Shown: positions 31,840 through 43,411 of the stretch, piece after piece
Layout of the letters: every line of letters starts with the position of its first letter
How positions within the stretch are numbered: the stretch's first letter is position 1
Sequence record: SRR31156797_2770
Reading direction: 5' to 3' (one strand)
Length of the DNA stretch: 64,000 nucleotides
Translations under genes and position numbers: made by a program
Notes under the pieces: model-generated
Told to the model about the DNA's origin: nothing
The model's input: only the letters and a program-made list of their open reading frames with translations
Database searches by the model: none

Positions 31840-32569
31840 ACTCTAATTCACTTAGCCACGCAGCCATCTGCACAACGATGGCTTTTTGCTGCGCTTCATT
31901 TGATAAATCAGCGGCGGCTTCTCCTTTTTGTAACCCATAGGTACCAAAGCCAGCATGATTGCCGCCTTCGATCGTTTGGAACGTGGTAGATTCTGGAAGG
32001 AAGCTGCGGGCAGCTTGCCAATTTTCTTGATTGACCACCTGATCTTGACTCCCTGTCAACGATAGCACAGAAATCGACTGATCAGCCAAAGACCCTTTTT
32101 CATCGGGATAGCTTGCGAAGAAAAAGACCCCTTTTAAATCCTTGTCGTTTGCAGCCAATTGATTCGCTGCAAAACGGCTCGCCATTACCCCACCTAATGA
32201 ATGACCACCAATGACATAGGAGTTATGGGGAATTTCTTTCAAGACCTCTTCTGCACGATTGCCTGATAAAACAGCCATGTTAAAGGGCATTTTAACGATC
32301 GCGACAGGATAGCCTTTTTCCGCTAAACCTGCTGCCCATACACTATAGCTTTCCGCATCGACAAGGGCGCCGGGATAGAAAATAACCAATGGCTTTTCTT
32401 CATCTCCAACAAAATAAAGGGCATTCCCCTCATCTTCTGCCTCTTTCGCAGCTGTGACTGCAGCATCAACTGCTGGGTAGTGTAGTTGTTGCCAACCGAT
32501 CCAACCGGCAATAGTTAAAATAACAACGGTGACCAATACACCAATCAAAACTTTTGTTCTTTTTCTCAT
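31838..32569 (-). CDS. Membrane-anchored alpha/beta hydrolase
   Basis: N-terminal TM, FYPGA, GHSLGG nucleophile elbow, GGNHAGFG. Confidence 0.85.
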   Translation of the reverse strand: MRKRTKVLIGVLVTVVILTIAGWIGWQQLHYPAVDAAVTAAKEAEDEGNALYFVGDEEKPLVIFYPGALVDAESYSVWAAGLAEKGYPVAIVKMPFNMAVLSGNRAEEVLKEIPHNSYVIGGHSLGGVMASRFAANQLAANDKDLKGVFFFASYPDEKGSLADQSISVLSLTGSQDQVVNQENWQAARSFLPESTTFQTIEGGNHAGFGTYGLQKGEAAADLSNEAQQKAIVVQMAAWLSELE

Positions 32570-32665
32570 CATATCCTCCTGCAAAAAAGAAGATCAGGAA
32601 AGGATGGCAGACGAAACTTGCTGGTCCATCATCTCCTGAATCTTTCTACGAATGTTTCCCAATTT

Positions 32666-34339
32666 TTATCGGTGTGCAAGTGCCAATAGTTCTCGTGCAT
32701 GTTCGATCGTTAAATCGGTGATTTCTGCACCTGAGAGCATACGGGCGATCTCTGCCACCCGTTCTTCTTTAGATAGTTTACGGACGTGGGTTTCTGTCCG
32801 TCCTTCTTGGATTGCTTTTTCAATAAAATATTGATTATCCGCTACAGCAGCTACTTGCGGCAAGTGAGTGATACACAAAACTTGCGAATTGGCTGCGATC
32901 TTGGCGATTTTTTCAGCAATTGCTTGGGCTACTCGGCCACTAACCCCAGTATCAACTTCGTCAAAAACAATACTGGTGATTCCTTGTTTCCGAGAGAAAA
33001 TTGATTTGAGGGCCAGTAAGATCCGTGAAAGTTCTCCCCCAGAAGCAACCCGCACCAACGGCTTCATGCCTTCACCAGGATTTGTGGTCAAATAAAATTC
33101 TACGGTGTCAAATCCGCTGCTACTCAATTGTTTTGAGCCAGGTGCAAACCGTACTTCAAATTGTGCGTGCTCCATATACAGCTCTTTTAACTCTTGAACG
33201 ATTTCTTTTTCTAAACGATGAGCCAGTTCACGTCGTTTGACGTGCAAGGCTTCCGCCAGCTGCCAAACTGCTTCAGCTTTTTGGGCAAGCTCTTCTTCTA
33301 ATTGCTCCAACTGACCTTCTGTATAGGCAGACTCGCTGATTTCTTTACTGATCTCATCATAGTAAGCAAGAATCACAGGAATCGACTCCCCGTATTTGCG
33401 CTTCAATTGACGAATCGTTTCCAGCCGCGAAATGACTTCTTCCAGTCGGCCTTCATCTAATTCAAGATTGTCGACTTGCCGCGAAATATCAGTAGCTGCA
33501 TCTTGCAACAAGTAATACGCACTTTGGATCACTTCACTGATTTTTTCGTAAGCCGGATCAAGATGGGCGATTGACTGGATCTCGGATAAAGCTACACTGA
33601 CCCCATCTAGGCTATTGACTTCTTCGGCAGATAAGGCACCATAGCTTTGCCCTAGAGCATCCACGATTTTTTGATAATTGGTCAGTTTTTCTCGTTCATC
33701 GATCAGCAGTTCTTCTTCATTTTCCATCAATTCTGCTTGGGCGATTTCTTCTTGTTGAAAACGCAACATGTCCATTCGCTGGACATATAGCTGTTCATTT
33801 TCTTGAATGGTCCTGACGTGTTTTTCTAAAGAGCGATAGCTTTGATAGGCTTGACGGTAATCCGCAAGCTCCGCTTTAAAGCTATCATCCCCAAACCCAT
33901 CCATCAAGGTCAAATGTTTTTCTGGCTGCAGCAGCTCTTGATGCTCATTTTGTCCTTGGATATCGACCAAGAATAAACCGATTTGACGCAAAACCGACAA
34001 GGTAACGGTTCGACCATTGACACGACAAATATTTTTCCCCGATTGAGAGATATCTCGTTGTACGATCAAAACTTCTTCTTCATCAATACCTAAATCTGCG
34101 GTCAAGTCTTTGAACTCCTGCTGATTCGGCCATTCGAAGATCCCTTCTAAACGGCATTTCTCTGCTCCTTGACGCAAATAGTCGCTGGAACCTCTACCGC
34201 CTGCTAGCAAACCCATCGCATCGATAATAATTGATTTCCCGGCACCTGTCTCACCTGTCAGTGCCGTCATTCCCTCATGGAAAGATAAGTGCAAGTTGGA
34301 AATAATCGCAAAATTTTGGATCGACAATTCTAAAAGCAT
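32666..34339 (-). CDS. recN: DNA repair protein RecN
   Basis: TGETGAGKS, ASGGELSR, FDEVDTG, THLPQVAA. Confidence 0.97.
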   Translation of the reverse strand: MLLELSIQNFAIISNLHLSFHEGMTALTGETGAGKSIIIDAMGLLAGGRGSSDYLRQGAEKCRLEGIFEWPNQQEFKDLTADLGIDEEEVLIVQRDISQSGKNICRVNGRTVTLSVLRQIGLFLVDIQGQNEHQELLQPEKHLTLMDGFGDDSFKAELADYRQAYQSYRSLEKHVRTIQENEQLYVQRMDMLRFQQEEIAQAELMENEEELLIDEREKLTNYQKIVDALGQSYGALSAEEVNSLDGVSVALSEIQSIAHLDPAYEKISEVIQSAYYLLQDAATDISRQVDNLELDEGRLEEVISRLETIRQLKRKYGESIPVILAYYDEISKEISESAYTEGQLEQLEEELAQKAEAVWQLAEALHVKRRELAHRLEKEIVQELKELYMEHAQFEVRFAPGSKQLSSSGFDTVEFYLTTNPGEGMKPLVRVASGGELSRILLALKSIFSRKQGITSIVFDEVDTGVSGRVAQAIAEKIAKIAANSQVLCITHLPQVAAVADNQYFIEKAIQEGRTETHVRKLSKEERVAEIARMLSGAEITDLTIEHARELLALAHR

Positions 34340-34354
34340 CCCTTGCCTCCTCTT

Positions 34355-34804
34355 CTAAACGTAACGTTGGAAATCCCTGAATAGGTTCTCGGTATCTGCT
34401 TCTGTTCTAGTGATCATCAAGACGTTGTCATCATCGTTTAACGTGCCAAATAATTCCTTGGCATAACGTTTATCGATTAAATTCGCCAAAGCCGAGGCAT
34501 TACCTGGCAGTGTGCGCAGGATCACAAATTTGTCCATTCGATCGACAGAAACAAAAGCCGTTTTTAGGATTTTATCTAGTTTACCACTCACGTCTTCCGT
34601 TGTCTCTTGTGGGATACTGTAGCGATAGCCACCTTTTTGGGAAGGAACTTTTACTAACTTCAATTCCTTGATATCTCTTGATATTGTTGCTTGTGTGACT
34701 GAGACGCCGCGATCTTTTAACAACTCGACAAAATCTTCTTGTTTCTGAATATCTTGTTCACTTAACAATCGTGTAATCAAGCGATGCCGTTCTTTTTTTC
34801 TCAT
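34355..34804 (-). CDS. argR: Arginine repressor (AhrC type)
   Basis: VTQATISRDIKEL, TLPGNA, DD motif. Confidence 0.92.
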   Translation of the reverse strand: MRKKERHRLITRLLSEQDIQKQEDFVELLKDRGVSVTQATISRDIKELKLVKVPSQKGGYRYSIPQETTEDVSGKLDKILKTAFVSVDRMDKFVILRTLPGNASALANLIDKRYAKELFGTLNDDDNVLMITRTEADTENLFRDFQRYV

Positions 34805-34901
34805 CTCTTGTTCCTCCTGAATGAATTCCTACTAATTTTATCCTATTTTGCGCAAGAAAGAAAGAGAGCCGACAAGTAAAATGTCCACTCTCTTCCATTC
34901 T

Positions 34902-35723
34902 TTATTTTGGTTGATGAAAGGTCTCATGTGCTGATGCAACAACTTTCGGGATATCGATCCCTGCTGCGGTACCTTCTTGCAGGCTTTTCTTTAAATGTAC
35001 GATAAACTCGATATTCCCTTCGCCACCAGTGATTGGTGAAAAACTTAGGTTTAAGACATCGAAATTTGTTTTCTTAGCAAATGCTAGTACTTCCTCCAAA
35101 ACTCGTTCATGGGTTCTGGGATCACGAACGATCCCATTTTTCCCGACTGCTTCTTTGCCCGCTTCAAATTGCGGTTTAATCAGCGCCATCACTTCGCCAT
35201 CCGCTACCAAAATATCATACAGCGGGGGTAAAATCAGTTTAAGTGAAATAAAAGAAACATCGATCGTAGCGGCATCTGGAAGACCGTCTAAAAAATCAGT
35301 TGGTTTTGCATAACGGAAGTTGACCCGCTCCATTACGATCACTCGCTCATCTTGCCGCAGCTTCCAGGCTAACTGATTGTAACCGACATCCAATGCATAG
35401 CTTTTTTTGGCACCATTTTGCAATGCCGCATCAGTAAAACCACCGGTGGATGCGCCGATGTCTAACATGATTTTATCGGTTACGTCAAAATCAAAGACTT
35501 TGAGTGCTTTTTCTAACTTGAGACCACCACGAGAAACATAAGGCAGCTTTTTGCCTTTGATCTGCAGCAGTGTATCTGCGGCAATTTTTTCTCCCGGCTT
35601 ATCTAGGCGCTCATTATTTTTTTCTTTGTACACCAATCCAGCCATCACTCCCCGTTTGGCTTGCTCTCGGGTCTCAAACAGGCCTTGCTGGACAGCTAAA
35701 ACATCTACTCGTTCTTTCTTCAT
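34902..35723 (-). CDS. tlyA: TlyA-family RNA methyltransferase
   Basis: S4 domain, YVSRGGLKL, DIGASTGGFTD, IKPQFE. Confidence 0.92.
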   Translation of the reverse strand: MKKERVDVLAVQQGLFETREQAKRGVMAGLVYKEKNNERLDKPGEKIAADTLLQIKGKKLPYVSRGGLKLEKALKVFDFDVTDKIMLDIGASTGGFTDAALQNGAKKSYALDVGYNQLAWKLRQDERVIVMERVNFRYAKPTDFLDGLPDAATIDVSFISLKLILPPLYDILVADGEVMALIKPQFEAGKEAVGKNGIVRDPRTHERVLEEVLAFAKKTNFDVLNLSFSPITGGEGNIEFIVHLKKSLQEGTAAGIDIPKVVASAHETFHQPK

Positions 35724-36616
35724 GCGTTCCCTCGAATCTCAAATCGTTCCACAAATGCCAATAAAACATCCGGCGTAAATTGACCGTATTGACTTAATTG
35801 CGCCAGAATTTCTTTGGCCTTGCCTAATTCTTCTGTCAAGGCTTGCTGCGCGCCTGCTAAGCCAAGTAAAGCAGGATAGGTACTTTTCGCCAATTCGTCA
35901 TCTCGACGGACAACTTTGCCTAGCTCTTCGGTCGTACTAGTGGCATCCAGCAGATCGTCGCGAATTTGAAAGGCTAACCCAATATGCTGGGCAAAGCGAT
36001 CCAATTCATGCAGAACTTCTTCCGTCTGGTCGGCTAAGACACCTCCAGCAATCACCGCAAAGCGGATCAATTCTCCAGTTTTCCGTTCATGAATGGACAT
36101 CAGTTCCTCAAGACTAAGGGCTTGGTTTTCTCCTTGAATATCAGCTGCTTGGCCGGCGACCATGCCTTGTGTTCCCGCCGCTTTACTCAATTGCTGCAGC
36201 AGCAAGACTTTTTGATTGGCTTCGATCTCCGCCATAGCGACTAATTGAAATGCAGCCGTCAAAAGACCATCTCCAGCTAAAATCGCTAAAGCTTCACCAA
36301 AAACCTTATGGTTGGTAGGTTTGCCTCGACGCAGATCATCGTTGTCCATTGCTGGAAGATCATCATGGATCAGCGAATACGTATGCACCATTTCTAGGGC
36401 TGCCGCACACTGGTACACCGCGGTATTGACGGGTTTGTGAAAAGCGGCGACTGTTGCTGCCAATAAAAGCGGGCGAATACGTTTGCCGCCAGCTTGGATC
36501 GAATACTGCATGCTTTTAAACAATCGTTGATCAGAGGTGTGTTCTTTGACAAAGCGCTCCATGACTTCTTCAATCAATGGGGCGTGTTCTTTTGTGAATT
36601 CTGTTAAAGCACTCAT
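35720..36616 (-). CDS. ispA: Farnesyl diphosphate synthase
   Basis: [30 protein letters not shown]. Confidence 0.93.
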   Translation of the reverse strand: MSALTEFTKEHAPLIEEVMERFVKEHTSDQRLFKSMQYSIQAGGKRIRPLLLAATVAAFHKPVNTAVYQCAAALEMVHTYSLIHDDLPAMDNDDLRRGKPTNHKVFGEALAILAGDGLLTAAFQLVAMAEIEANQKVLLLQQLSKAAGTQGMVAGQAADIQGENQALSLEELMSIHERKTGELIRFAVIAGGVLADQTEEVLHELDRFAQHIGLAFQIRDDLLDATSTTEELGKVVRRDDELAKSTYPALLGLAGAQQALTEELGKAKEILAQLSQYGQFTPDVLLAFVERFEIRGNA

Positions 36617-36834
36617 TGGTTTTCCTCTTCAAAAGGCACTTCTTCGTTAGATTCTGTCATCATTTTTGTTAAGGACTTTTCTGCTTTACTCAAAGTGTCC
36701 TTGCATTGCTTACTCAAAACCATCCCTTTTTGAAAAGCATCTAGTGCCTCTTCTAAGGGAACATCCCCTTGTTCCAAACGGGTTACAATTTGTTCTAATT
36801 CTTGTAATGATTCTTCAAATATTGGATTTGCCAT
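36613..36834 (-). CDS. xseB: Exonuclease VII small subunit
   Basis: [25 protein letters not shown] at 36834. Confidence 0.93.
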   Translation of the reverse strand: MANPIFEESLQELEQIVTRLEQGDVPLEEALDAFQKGMVLSKQCKDTLSKAEKSLTKMMTESNEEVPFEEENQ

Positions 36835-38167
36835 GATTAACTCCTTCTGTACTAATAACTTCGACAAGTGCTTGGCCATCTTGGTAATGGATCGTCAGCT
36901 GGTCTTCTGGCTCGATCGTATCAATCGATTTGATCACCTGCTCATTTTTCGTGGTATAGCTGTAGCCCCGACCCATGATTTTCAGTGGGCTTAGCAAATC
37001 AAGAGATTGGACTGCATTTGCAAATTGATTTTCTTTTGCTGCATAAATATCTTTCATAGCTTTCATTAAGCGTTGGGAAAGATAACTGACCTCTTGGTTA
37101 CTAGCTTGCAATCGCGCTTTTGGTTGTTGTTGTGCTAAACGTGAAATCAATTGCTGTGCATGGCGATCCTTGTCATAAAGCAAGGTTTGCAGACCTTGCT
37201 GCATCCGCTGCTGCAACTGATCGAGTTTGATGGACTGTGCCTCATACAAGCGCTCTGGTTGTCGAAAAACATATGATCCAATCACTCGCTGATAGCGTTC
37301 TTGTTTGTACTGGATCTGGTGCATAAAAGCTTGCTCTAATCGGGCTTGTCTTTCTTCGATCCGCAAAATCTCTTCTGATAGGACGGGCACTGCTAATTCG
37401 GCAGCTGCGGTCGGAGTTGCCGCCCGCACATCCGCCACTAAATCGGCAATTGTCGTATCAGTTTCATGCCCCACTGAAGAAATAACGGGGGTTTTTGCGT
37501 CAAAAATGGCTCTTGCCACTCGTTCTTCATTGAAAGGCCAGAGGTCCTCAATCGACCCACCCCCACGTCCGATGATCATAGTATCAAAGGTACCATCGGC
37601 TTCGACTCGTTGGATATTTTTCACCACATCATCCGCGGCTTTGTTGCCTTGTACCACGGTTGGATACAAAACGATCTGAGCAATGGGATAACGCCGCTGG
37701 GTCGTCGTGATGATATCTCTGATCACCGCCCCACTAGGACTGGTCAAGACTGCGATGCGTTTCGGGTATTTCGGCAACGACTGCTTCGGTGCAGAAAATA
37801 ATCCTTCCGCTGCCAATTTCTGCTTTAATTGTTCATAGGCTTGATAAAGGGCACCGACACCGTCTGGTTCCATGTGATCGATCACCATCTGGTAATTTCC
37901 GCTTGCCTCATACAAGGTGATACGTCCAACCGCCATGACTTTCATGCCCTCTTCTGGTTGAAAGCGCAGCTTGTCAAAAGCGCCCTTGAACATGACGGTC
38001 GAAATTTTTGCACCATCATCCTTTAAACTAAAGTATTGGTGATTGGGGCGACGACGAAAATTAGAGATCTCCCCCGTCAAATAAACCCGCTCTAAATACG
38101 GATCGACGTCAAACTTACGCTTGATATATTTTGTTAATGCGGTCACCGTTAAATATTCTTGCGCCAT
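36815..38167 (-). CDS. xseA: Exonuclease VII large subunit
   Basis: [34 protein letters not shown]. Confidence 0.97.
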   Translation of the reverse strand: MAQEYLTVTALTKYIKRKFDVDPYLERVYLTGEISNFRRRPNHQYFSLKDDGAKISTVMFKGAFDKLRFQPEEGMKVMAVGRITLYEASGNYQMVIDHMEPDGVGALYQAYEQLKQKLAAEGLFSAPKQSLPKYPKRIAVLTSPSGAVIRDIITTTQRRYPIAQIVLYPTVVQGNKAADDVVKNIQRVEADGTFDTMIIGRGGGSIEDLWPFNEERVARAIFDAKTPVISSVGHETDTTIADLVADVRAATPTAAAELAVPVLSEEILRIEERQARLEQAFMHQIQYKQERYQRVIGSYVFRQPERLYEAQSIKLDQLQQRMQQGLQTLLYDKDRHAQQLISRLAQQQPKARLQASNQEVSYLSQRLMKAMKDIYAAKENQFANAVQSLDLLSPLKIMGRGYSYTTKNEQVIKSIDTIEPEDQLTIHYQDGQALVEVISTEGVNHGKSNI

Positions 38168-39019
38168 TTAGTTTTTCATTGTCTCCTTTGCTGCCTCGAT
38201 CGTTTGGGCCATCAACATCGTGATCGTCATTGGTCCTACACCTCTAGGTACCGGGGTGATATAGCTAGCGATCGGTTCGACTTCATCAAATTTCACATCG
38301 CCGATCAACTTGCCATTGGCATCCCGATTCATTCCTACATCGATCACCACGGCCCCTTCTTTTACGAAGTCTTTTGTGACAAAATGACCGCGGCCGATCG
38401 CCACGACTAAAATGTCCGCTTGCTTCGCTAACTCAGGCAGATTTTTGGTTTTTGAATGAGCAATAGTCACGGTGGCATTTGCCCCTAAGAGCAAGTGCGC
38501 CATCGGTTTTCCGACAATGTTGCTGCGGCCGATAACTAAAGCATTTTTCCCTTCCAATTCGATCCCATACGCAGCAAACATTTTCATGATGCCATAAGGG
38601 GTACAAGGAATTCGGTCAGGTACACCGGCAAATAATTTTCCTAAATTGATTGGATGAAAACCGTCGACATCTTTTTCCGGTTTGATGGCTAACAGCACTT
38701 TTTCTTCATTGATATGTTTTGGCAAAGGAAGTTGAACCAAAATGCCGTGAAAGGCATCATCGTTATTGAACTGTTCGATTTCTGCTAATAATTCTGCCTC
38801 AGTAATGGATTCAGGATAGCGGGCAACACGGGAATTGATGCCGATTTTCGCCGCAGCTAGTTCTTTATTTTTCACATAAGTCTGGCTTGCTTTGTCTTCT
38901 CCAACAAGTAAAACAACTAATCCCGGTGTCACACCCTGCTCTTTTAGTGTTGCTGTCTCTGAAAGAAACGCCGCTTGCATTTTTTCAGCCAATTCTTTTC
39001 CATTGATCAATGTACCCAT
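38168..39019 (-). CDS. folD: Methylene-THF dehydrogenase/cyclohydrolase
   Basis: [27 protein letters not shown]. Confidence 0.97.
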   Translation of the reverse strand: MGTLINGKELAEKMQAAFLSETATLKEQGVTPGLVVLLVGEDKASQTYVKNKELAAAKIGINSRVARYPESITEAELLAEIEQFNNDDAFHGILVQLPLPKHINEEKVLLAIKPEKDVDGFHPINLGKLFAGVPDRIPCTPYGIMKMFAAYGIELEGKNALVIGRSNIVGKPMAHLLLGANATVTIAHSKTKNLPELAKQADILVVAIGRGHFVTKDFVKEGAVVIDVGMNRDANGKLIGDVKFDEVEPIASYITPVPRGVGPMTITMLMAQTIEAAKETMKN

Positions 39020-39312
39020 TCTGACAACTCCTCCAACCTGATTATACTGACTTATTTTGTAAAAAGAAACGCACCAATCGTTTGTCGATCTGCTTCTTCA
39101 TGTTTTCTATCATAGCATTTTCTGAAAAGAAAAACACCGTCTAAGGCTCCCTTTTTTCGGAAAAAACGAGGTCAAACCGACAAAGTGTATGCAAAAAAAC
39201 CGAACGATCAAGCAGGACCGTCAAAACAAGGCGGTTGCTCATAAATCGTTCGGTTTCTGCCTCGATCGAATAAAGGCTGTTTTCTTTTGTTCGATAGTGT
39301 TAAGGCTGAAAA

Positions 39313-39777
39313 CTACTCACTTACTTGGTTGTTTTTTGTTTCTAGCTCTTGATTGACTGTCGATAAAATACCGTTGACAAACTTTCTTGACTGATCGTCA
39401 CTAAAGGTTTTCGCTAATTCGATCGCTTCATTCAAAGCCACACGATTCGGCACATTATCCACATAGATCATTTCATACAAAGCGATTCGTAAAATCGTCA
39501 CGTCCATTTTTGATAAACGCTGGATTTTCCAACCGGCTTTTAGATGACTTTGAATGACTTCATCCAAGGCTTCTTTGTAATGACAGACACCTGCCACTAA
39601 TTGATCTAAATAAACAGGGACAAAATGCTCTTGTTCTTCATCAATCAATTCATGGTGTTCCAACTCGATGGCATGCATGATGGCATCTTGTTTCGTTAAA
39701 TCTTTGTTAAAGTCTAGTGGAAATAAAGCTTGTAACGCCATTTTCCGTATTTCATGCCGTGATAATTCTTTACTCAT
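39313..39777 (-). CDS. nusB: Transcription antitermination factor NusB
   Basis: R..ALQALF, ILRIALYE, NEAIELAK, FVNGIL; ATG at 39777. Confidence 0.95.
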   Translation of the reverse strand: MSKELSRHEIRKMALQALFPLDFNKDLTKQDAIMHAIELEHHELIDEEQEHFVPVYLDQLVAGVCHYKEALDEVIQSHLKAGWKIQRLSKMDVTILRIALYEMIYVDNVPNRVALNEAIELAKTFSDDQSRKFVNGILSTVNQELETKNNQVSE

Positions 39778-40195
39778 TTTCTTCCTCGTCGTTTCCAAAT
39801 AATTCTTCGATGTCTGGTAAATCTACTTTTTCTGGCACGACTGCCACAACATGAACATTTACTTCAGCCAGTTGCACATCTGTCATAAATAAGACTTGCT
39901 GTTTGACCCGTTCTTGGATCTCCATTGCCACTTTAGGCACTGACATCCCATAAGTGATATAGCAGTAGATATCCACTTTGATCCCTGTTTCATCGATCGT
40001 TAAGTAGACTCCTTTGCCATGAGCTGCGCGGCCTAGTAATTCAGTGACACTGTTTGCCAGTGTTCCTCGCATCCCATAGACACCTTCCACTTTAGAAGCA
40101 GCGATCCCAATAATGATCTCGATCACTTCTGGCGCGATGACGATTTCGCCTAATTCAGGACTTGCATTTAATACAAGGTTTTTATCTTCATTCAT
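39770..40195 (-). CDS. Asp23/Gls24-family protein (YqhY type)
   Basis: GEIVIAPEVIEII.GIAA.KVEGV; ATG at 40195; directly upstream of nusB. Confidence 0.88.
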   Translation of the reverse strand: MNEDKNLVLNASPELGEIVIAPEVIEIIIGIAASKVEGVYGMRGTLANSVTELLGRAAHGKGVYLTIDETGIKVDIYCYITYGMSVPKVAMEIQERVKQQVLFMTDVQLAEVNVHVVAVVPEKVDLPDIEELFGNDEEENE

Positions 40196-40404
40196 ACGTT
40201 TTTGCCTCCATTCTAAACAGCTGTACCGTATTGTTTGTAAAAAAATCGCTCGTTTTTTCCGTTTGAAGCAAGCCAGCGCTTGATTCAATCAATAACATCC
40301 ATGGCACAGTGTTTCTTCTCGCTCTAAGTTTATCATTTTCTGCACTGAGAATCTATAATAACCCACTATTCTCAATGAATTTTCTGAAAAACAAGGTCGA
40401 TGAA

Positions 40405-41469
40405 TCAGAGAATGATCAATTCTTTCGGTGAATGTGTCAACACTTTATTACCAGTTTCAGTGATCAAAAGATCATCCTCGATACGAACGCCGCCAATTCC
40501 TGGAAGATAGATGCCTGGTTCATCTGTAATGACGTTTCCGACAACAAATGCTTTATCAGCACGGAAGGAGACATTTGGTCCTTCGTGGATTTCTAAACCA
40601 ATCCCATGGCCTGTTGAATGACCAAAAGCATCCCCGTAGCCAAAGGAAGCTATGTGATCCCGGGCGATCGCATCTAGCTCAATTCCGGTCATTCCAGGTT
40701 TTGCTGCTGCCAAGACTTTTTCTTGTGCTTCTAGCACGATTTGATAGATTTCTTTCAATTTATCGCCAGGATCCCCCACAGCAAAAGTTCTGGTCATATC
40801 AGACACATAGCCTTGATAGTAACAGCCAAAGTCTAACGTGATCAGATCGCCTTGTTCAATCACTTTTTCACTGGCAACCCCATGGGGCATTGCTGAACGA
40901 AGACCACTGGCCACAATCGTTTCAAAAGATACGCTTGTGGCACCTAATGAACGCATAAAGAAATCTAACTGATTCGCCACTTCGATTTCGGTCATCCCTG
41001 GGCGGATCATTTTCAAAATATGTTCGAACCCTTGATCGGCGATATGGCAGGCTTGTTGGATCAATGCGATCTCTTCCTCATCTTTGACTTCCCGCAATGC
41101 CTCGATCATACCAGATACAGGAGCTAATGAGGATTCCTCAATCAAGTCTTCTAAGACGGAGTATTCAGCAAAGCTGACGAAACTTTCTTCAAATGCTAAG
41201 ACATTGATTTCTTCCTTTTGGCAGATAGTTGCAACTTCTTCAAAAATCGGTCCACTATTTTTTACGATCTCAAATCCTTGGGCTTGGGCAGCTGCTTGCT
41301 CTGTATATCGGAAATCAGTTACAAAAAAAGCTTTGTCCAACGTAATGACTGCTAAACCAGTTGTACCAGTAAAGTTTGTCAAGTAACGCAAATTGTATGG
41401 GCTGGTGATCAAGAACCCATCAATCGAATCTTTTCTCATTGCTTCACGTAATTTTTCAACTCTTAACAT
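40405..41469 (-). CDS. pepP: Xaa-Pro aminopeptidase (M24, YqhT type)
   Basis: TDFRY, DFG, SDMTRT, HSTGHGIG, EPGIY, RIED. Confidence 0.88.
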   Translation of the reverse strand: MLRVEKLREAMRKDSIDGFLITSPYNLRYLTNFTGTTGLAVITLDKAFFVTDFRYTEQAAAQAQGFEIVKNSGPIFEEVATICQKEEINVLAFEESFVSFAEYSVLEDLIEESSLAPVSGMIEALREVKDEEEIALIQQACHIADQGFEHILKMIRPGMTEIEVANQLDFFMRSLGATSVSFETIVASGLRSAMPHGVASEKVIEQGDLITLDFGCYYQGYVSDMTRTFAVGDPGDKLKEIYQIVLEAQEKVLAAAKPGMTGIELDAIARDHIASFGYGDAFGHSTGHGIGLEIHEGPNVSFRADKAFVVGNVITDEPGIYLPGIGGVRIEDDLLITETGNKVLTHSPKELIIL

Positions 41470-41683
41470 GTATCGTTCCCTACTTTCTTGTTCTATACGA
41501 TAGTATTATAACAAACTTCCAGAAAAAGCGGAAAGTAAGCGAAAAGTTTTCTAAAAAATCAAACAATACGAACCTAAAGAATGGTGTTTTAAAAAGACTC
41601 TAGTTGGCTCTCTCGTTGTTCTTTTCTAGATAACTTTAATCCACAAAAAAAGCAACCCAATCAACGGATTGCTTCTTTGATAA

Positions 41684-41923
41684 TTATCTTTTACGTCCCA
41701 AAAAGAATGATACGACAGCCACGAAAATGACTGCCCCAATGATTGCTGGCACGATTGCCATTCCTGCCACTTGCGGTCCCCAAGTGCCGAATAAGCCTTG
41801 TCCGATTGATGCGCCCACAAGTCCTGCCACGATATCAAAAATGCAACCGCGTTTTTCTCCTGCGATGGCGCCACCGATTGAACCGATGACCGCTCCCACG
41901 ATCAATGTCCATAAAAAGTGCAT
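41684..41923 (-). CDS. GlsB/YeaQ/YmgE-family small membrane protein
   Basis: LIVGAVIG..G, IVAGLVGA, PAIIGAVI; RBS AGGAGG. Confidence 0.85.
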   Translation of the reverse strand: MHFLWTLIVGAVIGSIGGAIAGEKRGCIFDIVAGLVGASIGQGLFGTWGPQVAGMAIVPAIIGAVIFVAVVSFFLGRKR

Positions 41924-41997
41924 AATAACCCCTCCTAAACTTTCTTATAAAAAGGGTAACATATTGAGAATCAATTGGAAAAACATATGCTCTCTTG

Positions 41998-42363
41998 TTA
42001 TTTTCTACGGGTAATTGCCCGTTTCAAGATATCGAAAAATCCAAGAGAATGGACCATATGATCTGGGTCAACGTATTCGCGAATTGCCCGCAGAACTTTT
42101 TTTGGTTCTTTTGATGAGAAGGTATATGTCCCATTCTTTTTGGTCCGAATCGCATACCGTGGGATCCAGCGTCCTTTGAACAAGACCGAAGCGATCACAT
42201 AGTCGACATCTTCCCAAGGAATTTGAATAAACTTGCGTTTGTCACGATCATTATAAAACTCAAAGGCATTATCGCCGATCATTATTTTGCCGTATTCATT
42301 GATACCTAAAAAAGACGTAGCATCGATCGTCAAATCAACTTTTGTATTAAGGGATTGTACCAT
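41998..42363 (-). CDS. manO: DUF956 / ManO regulator of the mannose PTS
   Basis: MVQSLNTKVDL, YGKIMIGD.AFEFYND, IQIPW; downstream of EIID. Confidence 0.85.
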   Translation of the reverse strand: MVQSLNTKVDLTIDATSFLGINEYGKIMIGDNAFEFYNDRDKRKFIQIPWEDVDYVIASVLFKGRWIPRYAIRTKKNGTYTFSSKEPKKVLRAIREYVDPDHMVHSLGFFDILKRAITRRK

Positions 42364-42479
42364 TTGCACTTACTCCATTCTATATCGTCTTATCGTTACC
42401 TATTATACGTGTTTGCGGCATGTTTGGCGAATAAATAAAAAGATGCTTGGGTCTCCCCAAGCACCTATCATTGAAAAGA

Positions 42480-43391
42480 TTATAACAATCCGATCAAGTG
42501 TCCACCGATACCGACTAAGAATAGACCGATAATAATGACGATTGGAGAAACTTTTTTCTTCAATAACCACATACATAATAAAGTAAGCAATAGTGCAGCT
42601 AAACCAGGAATCAATTGATCCAAGTTGTTTTGCAATGTTGTTACTTTTGTATCAGTCAATGCACGGCCTTCAGCTACTTGTTGGAAGGCTTGTTGCAAAC
42701 CAGCTGAACCAGAAGGCAAGTTCGCCCAGTCGACATAAGCACCTTCATCAAGCGGTACGCTTGAGACAACTGGTGCAAAGGAAATCGATACCCAACGTTG
42801 AACAAGTGACCCTAATACGAACATCCCTAAAATAGAAGCACCTTTTGTTACATCTTGTAGCAAACCACCTGAAAGGTCATCTGTGATTTTAGAACCAGCA
42901 CGGTAGCCGAATTCTTGTGTGTACCACATAAATGCCCAACGGATGATGTTCCAAGCAACGAAGAAGATGATTGGGCCTAAGATGTTTCCGCCTAAAGCAA
43001 GAGAAGCACCTAATGCACCTAACATCGGACGTACAGTAAACCAGAACACAGGGTCACCGACACCGGCTAAAGGACCCATCATCCCAACTTTTACCCCTTG
43101 GATCGCTACGTCATCGACAGGCGCGCCATTGGCACGTTCTTCTTCTAACGCTAAAGTTACACCTAAGATTGGTGATGCGATATATGGGTGAGTATTAAAG
43201 AATTCTAAGTGACGCTTCAAAGCAGCGGCACGGTCTTCTTTTGTTTTGTATAATTTTTTGATTGCTGGAATCATTGAGAATGCCCAACCACCATTTTGCA
43301 TACGTTCATAGTTCCATGAACCTTGAATGAAGGTAGAGCGCCATGCTACGGCTAAACGATCTTTTTTATTTAATTGAATTTTTTCTGCCAT
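42480..43391 (-). CDS. mptD: Mannose-family PTS EIID
   Basis: QGSWNYERMQ, FFNTHP, MGPLAGVGD. Confidence 0.93.
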   Translation of the reverse strand: MAEKIQLNKKDRLAVAWRSTFIQGSWNYERMQNGGWAFSMIPAIKKLYKTKEDRAAALKRHLEFFNTHPYIASPILGVTLALEEERANGAPVDDVAIQGVKVGMMGPLAGVGDPVFWFTVRPMLGALGASLALGGNILGPIIFFVAWNIIRWAFMWYTQEFGYRAGSKITDDLSGGLLQDVTKGASILGMFVLGSLVQRWVSISFAPVVSSVPLDEGAYVDWANLPSGSAGLQQAFQQVAEGRALTDTKVTTLQNNLDQLIPGLAALLLTLLCMWLLKKKVSPIVIIIGLFLVGIGGHLIGLL

Positions 43392-43411
43392 TTTTTTCTC
43401 CTCCTTCGATT

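Noticed and set aside
31707-31940. 77-aa plus-strand ORF
   Set aside because: TTG start without RBS, crosses a terminator and overlaps the opposite gene; an RNA structure explains the region better
34902-35723. TlyA as a haemolysin island
   Set aside because: Core methyltransferase in its usual ispA-argR-recN context
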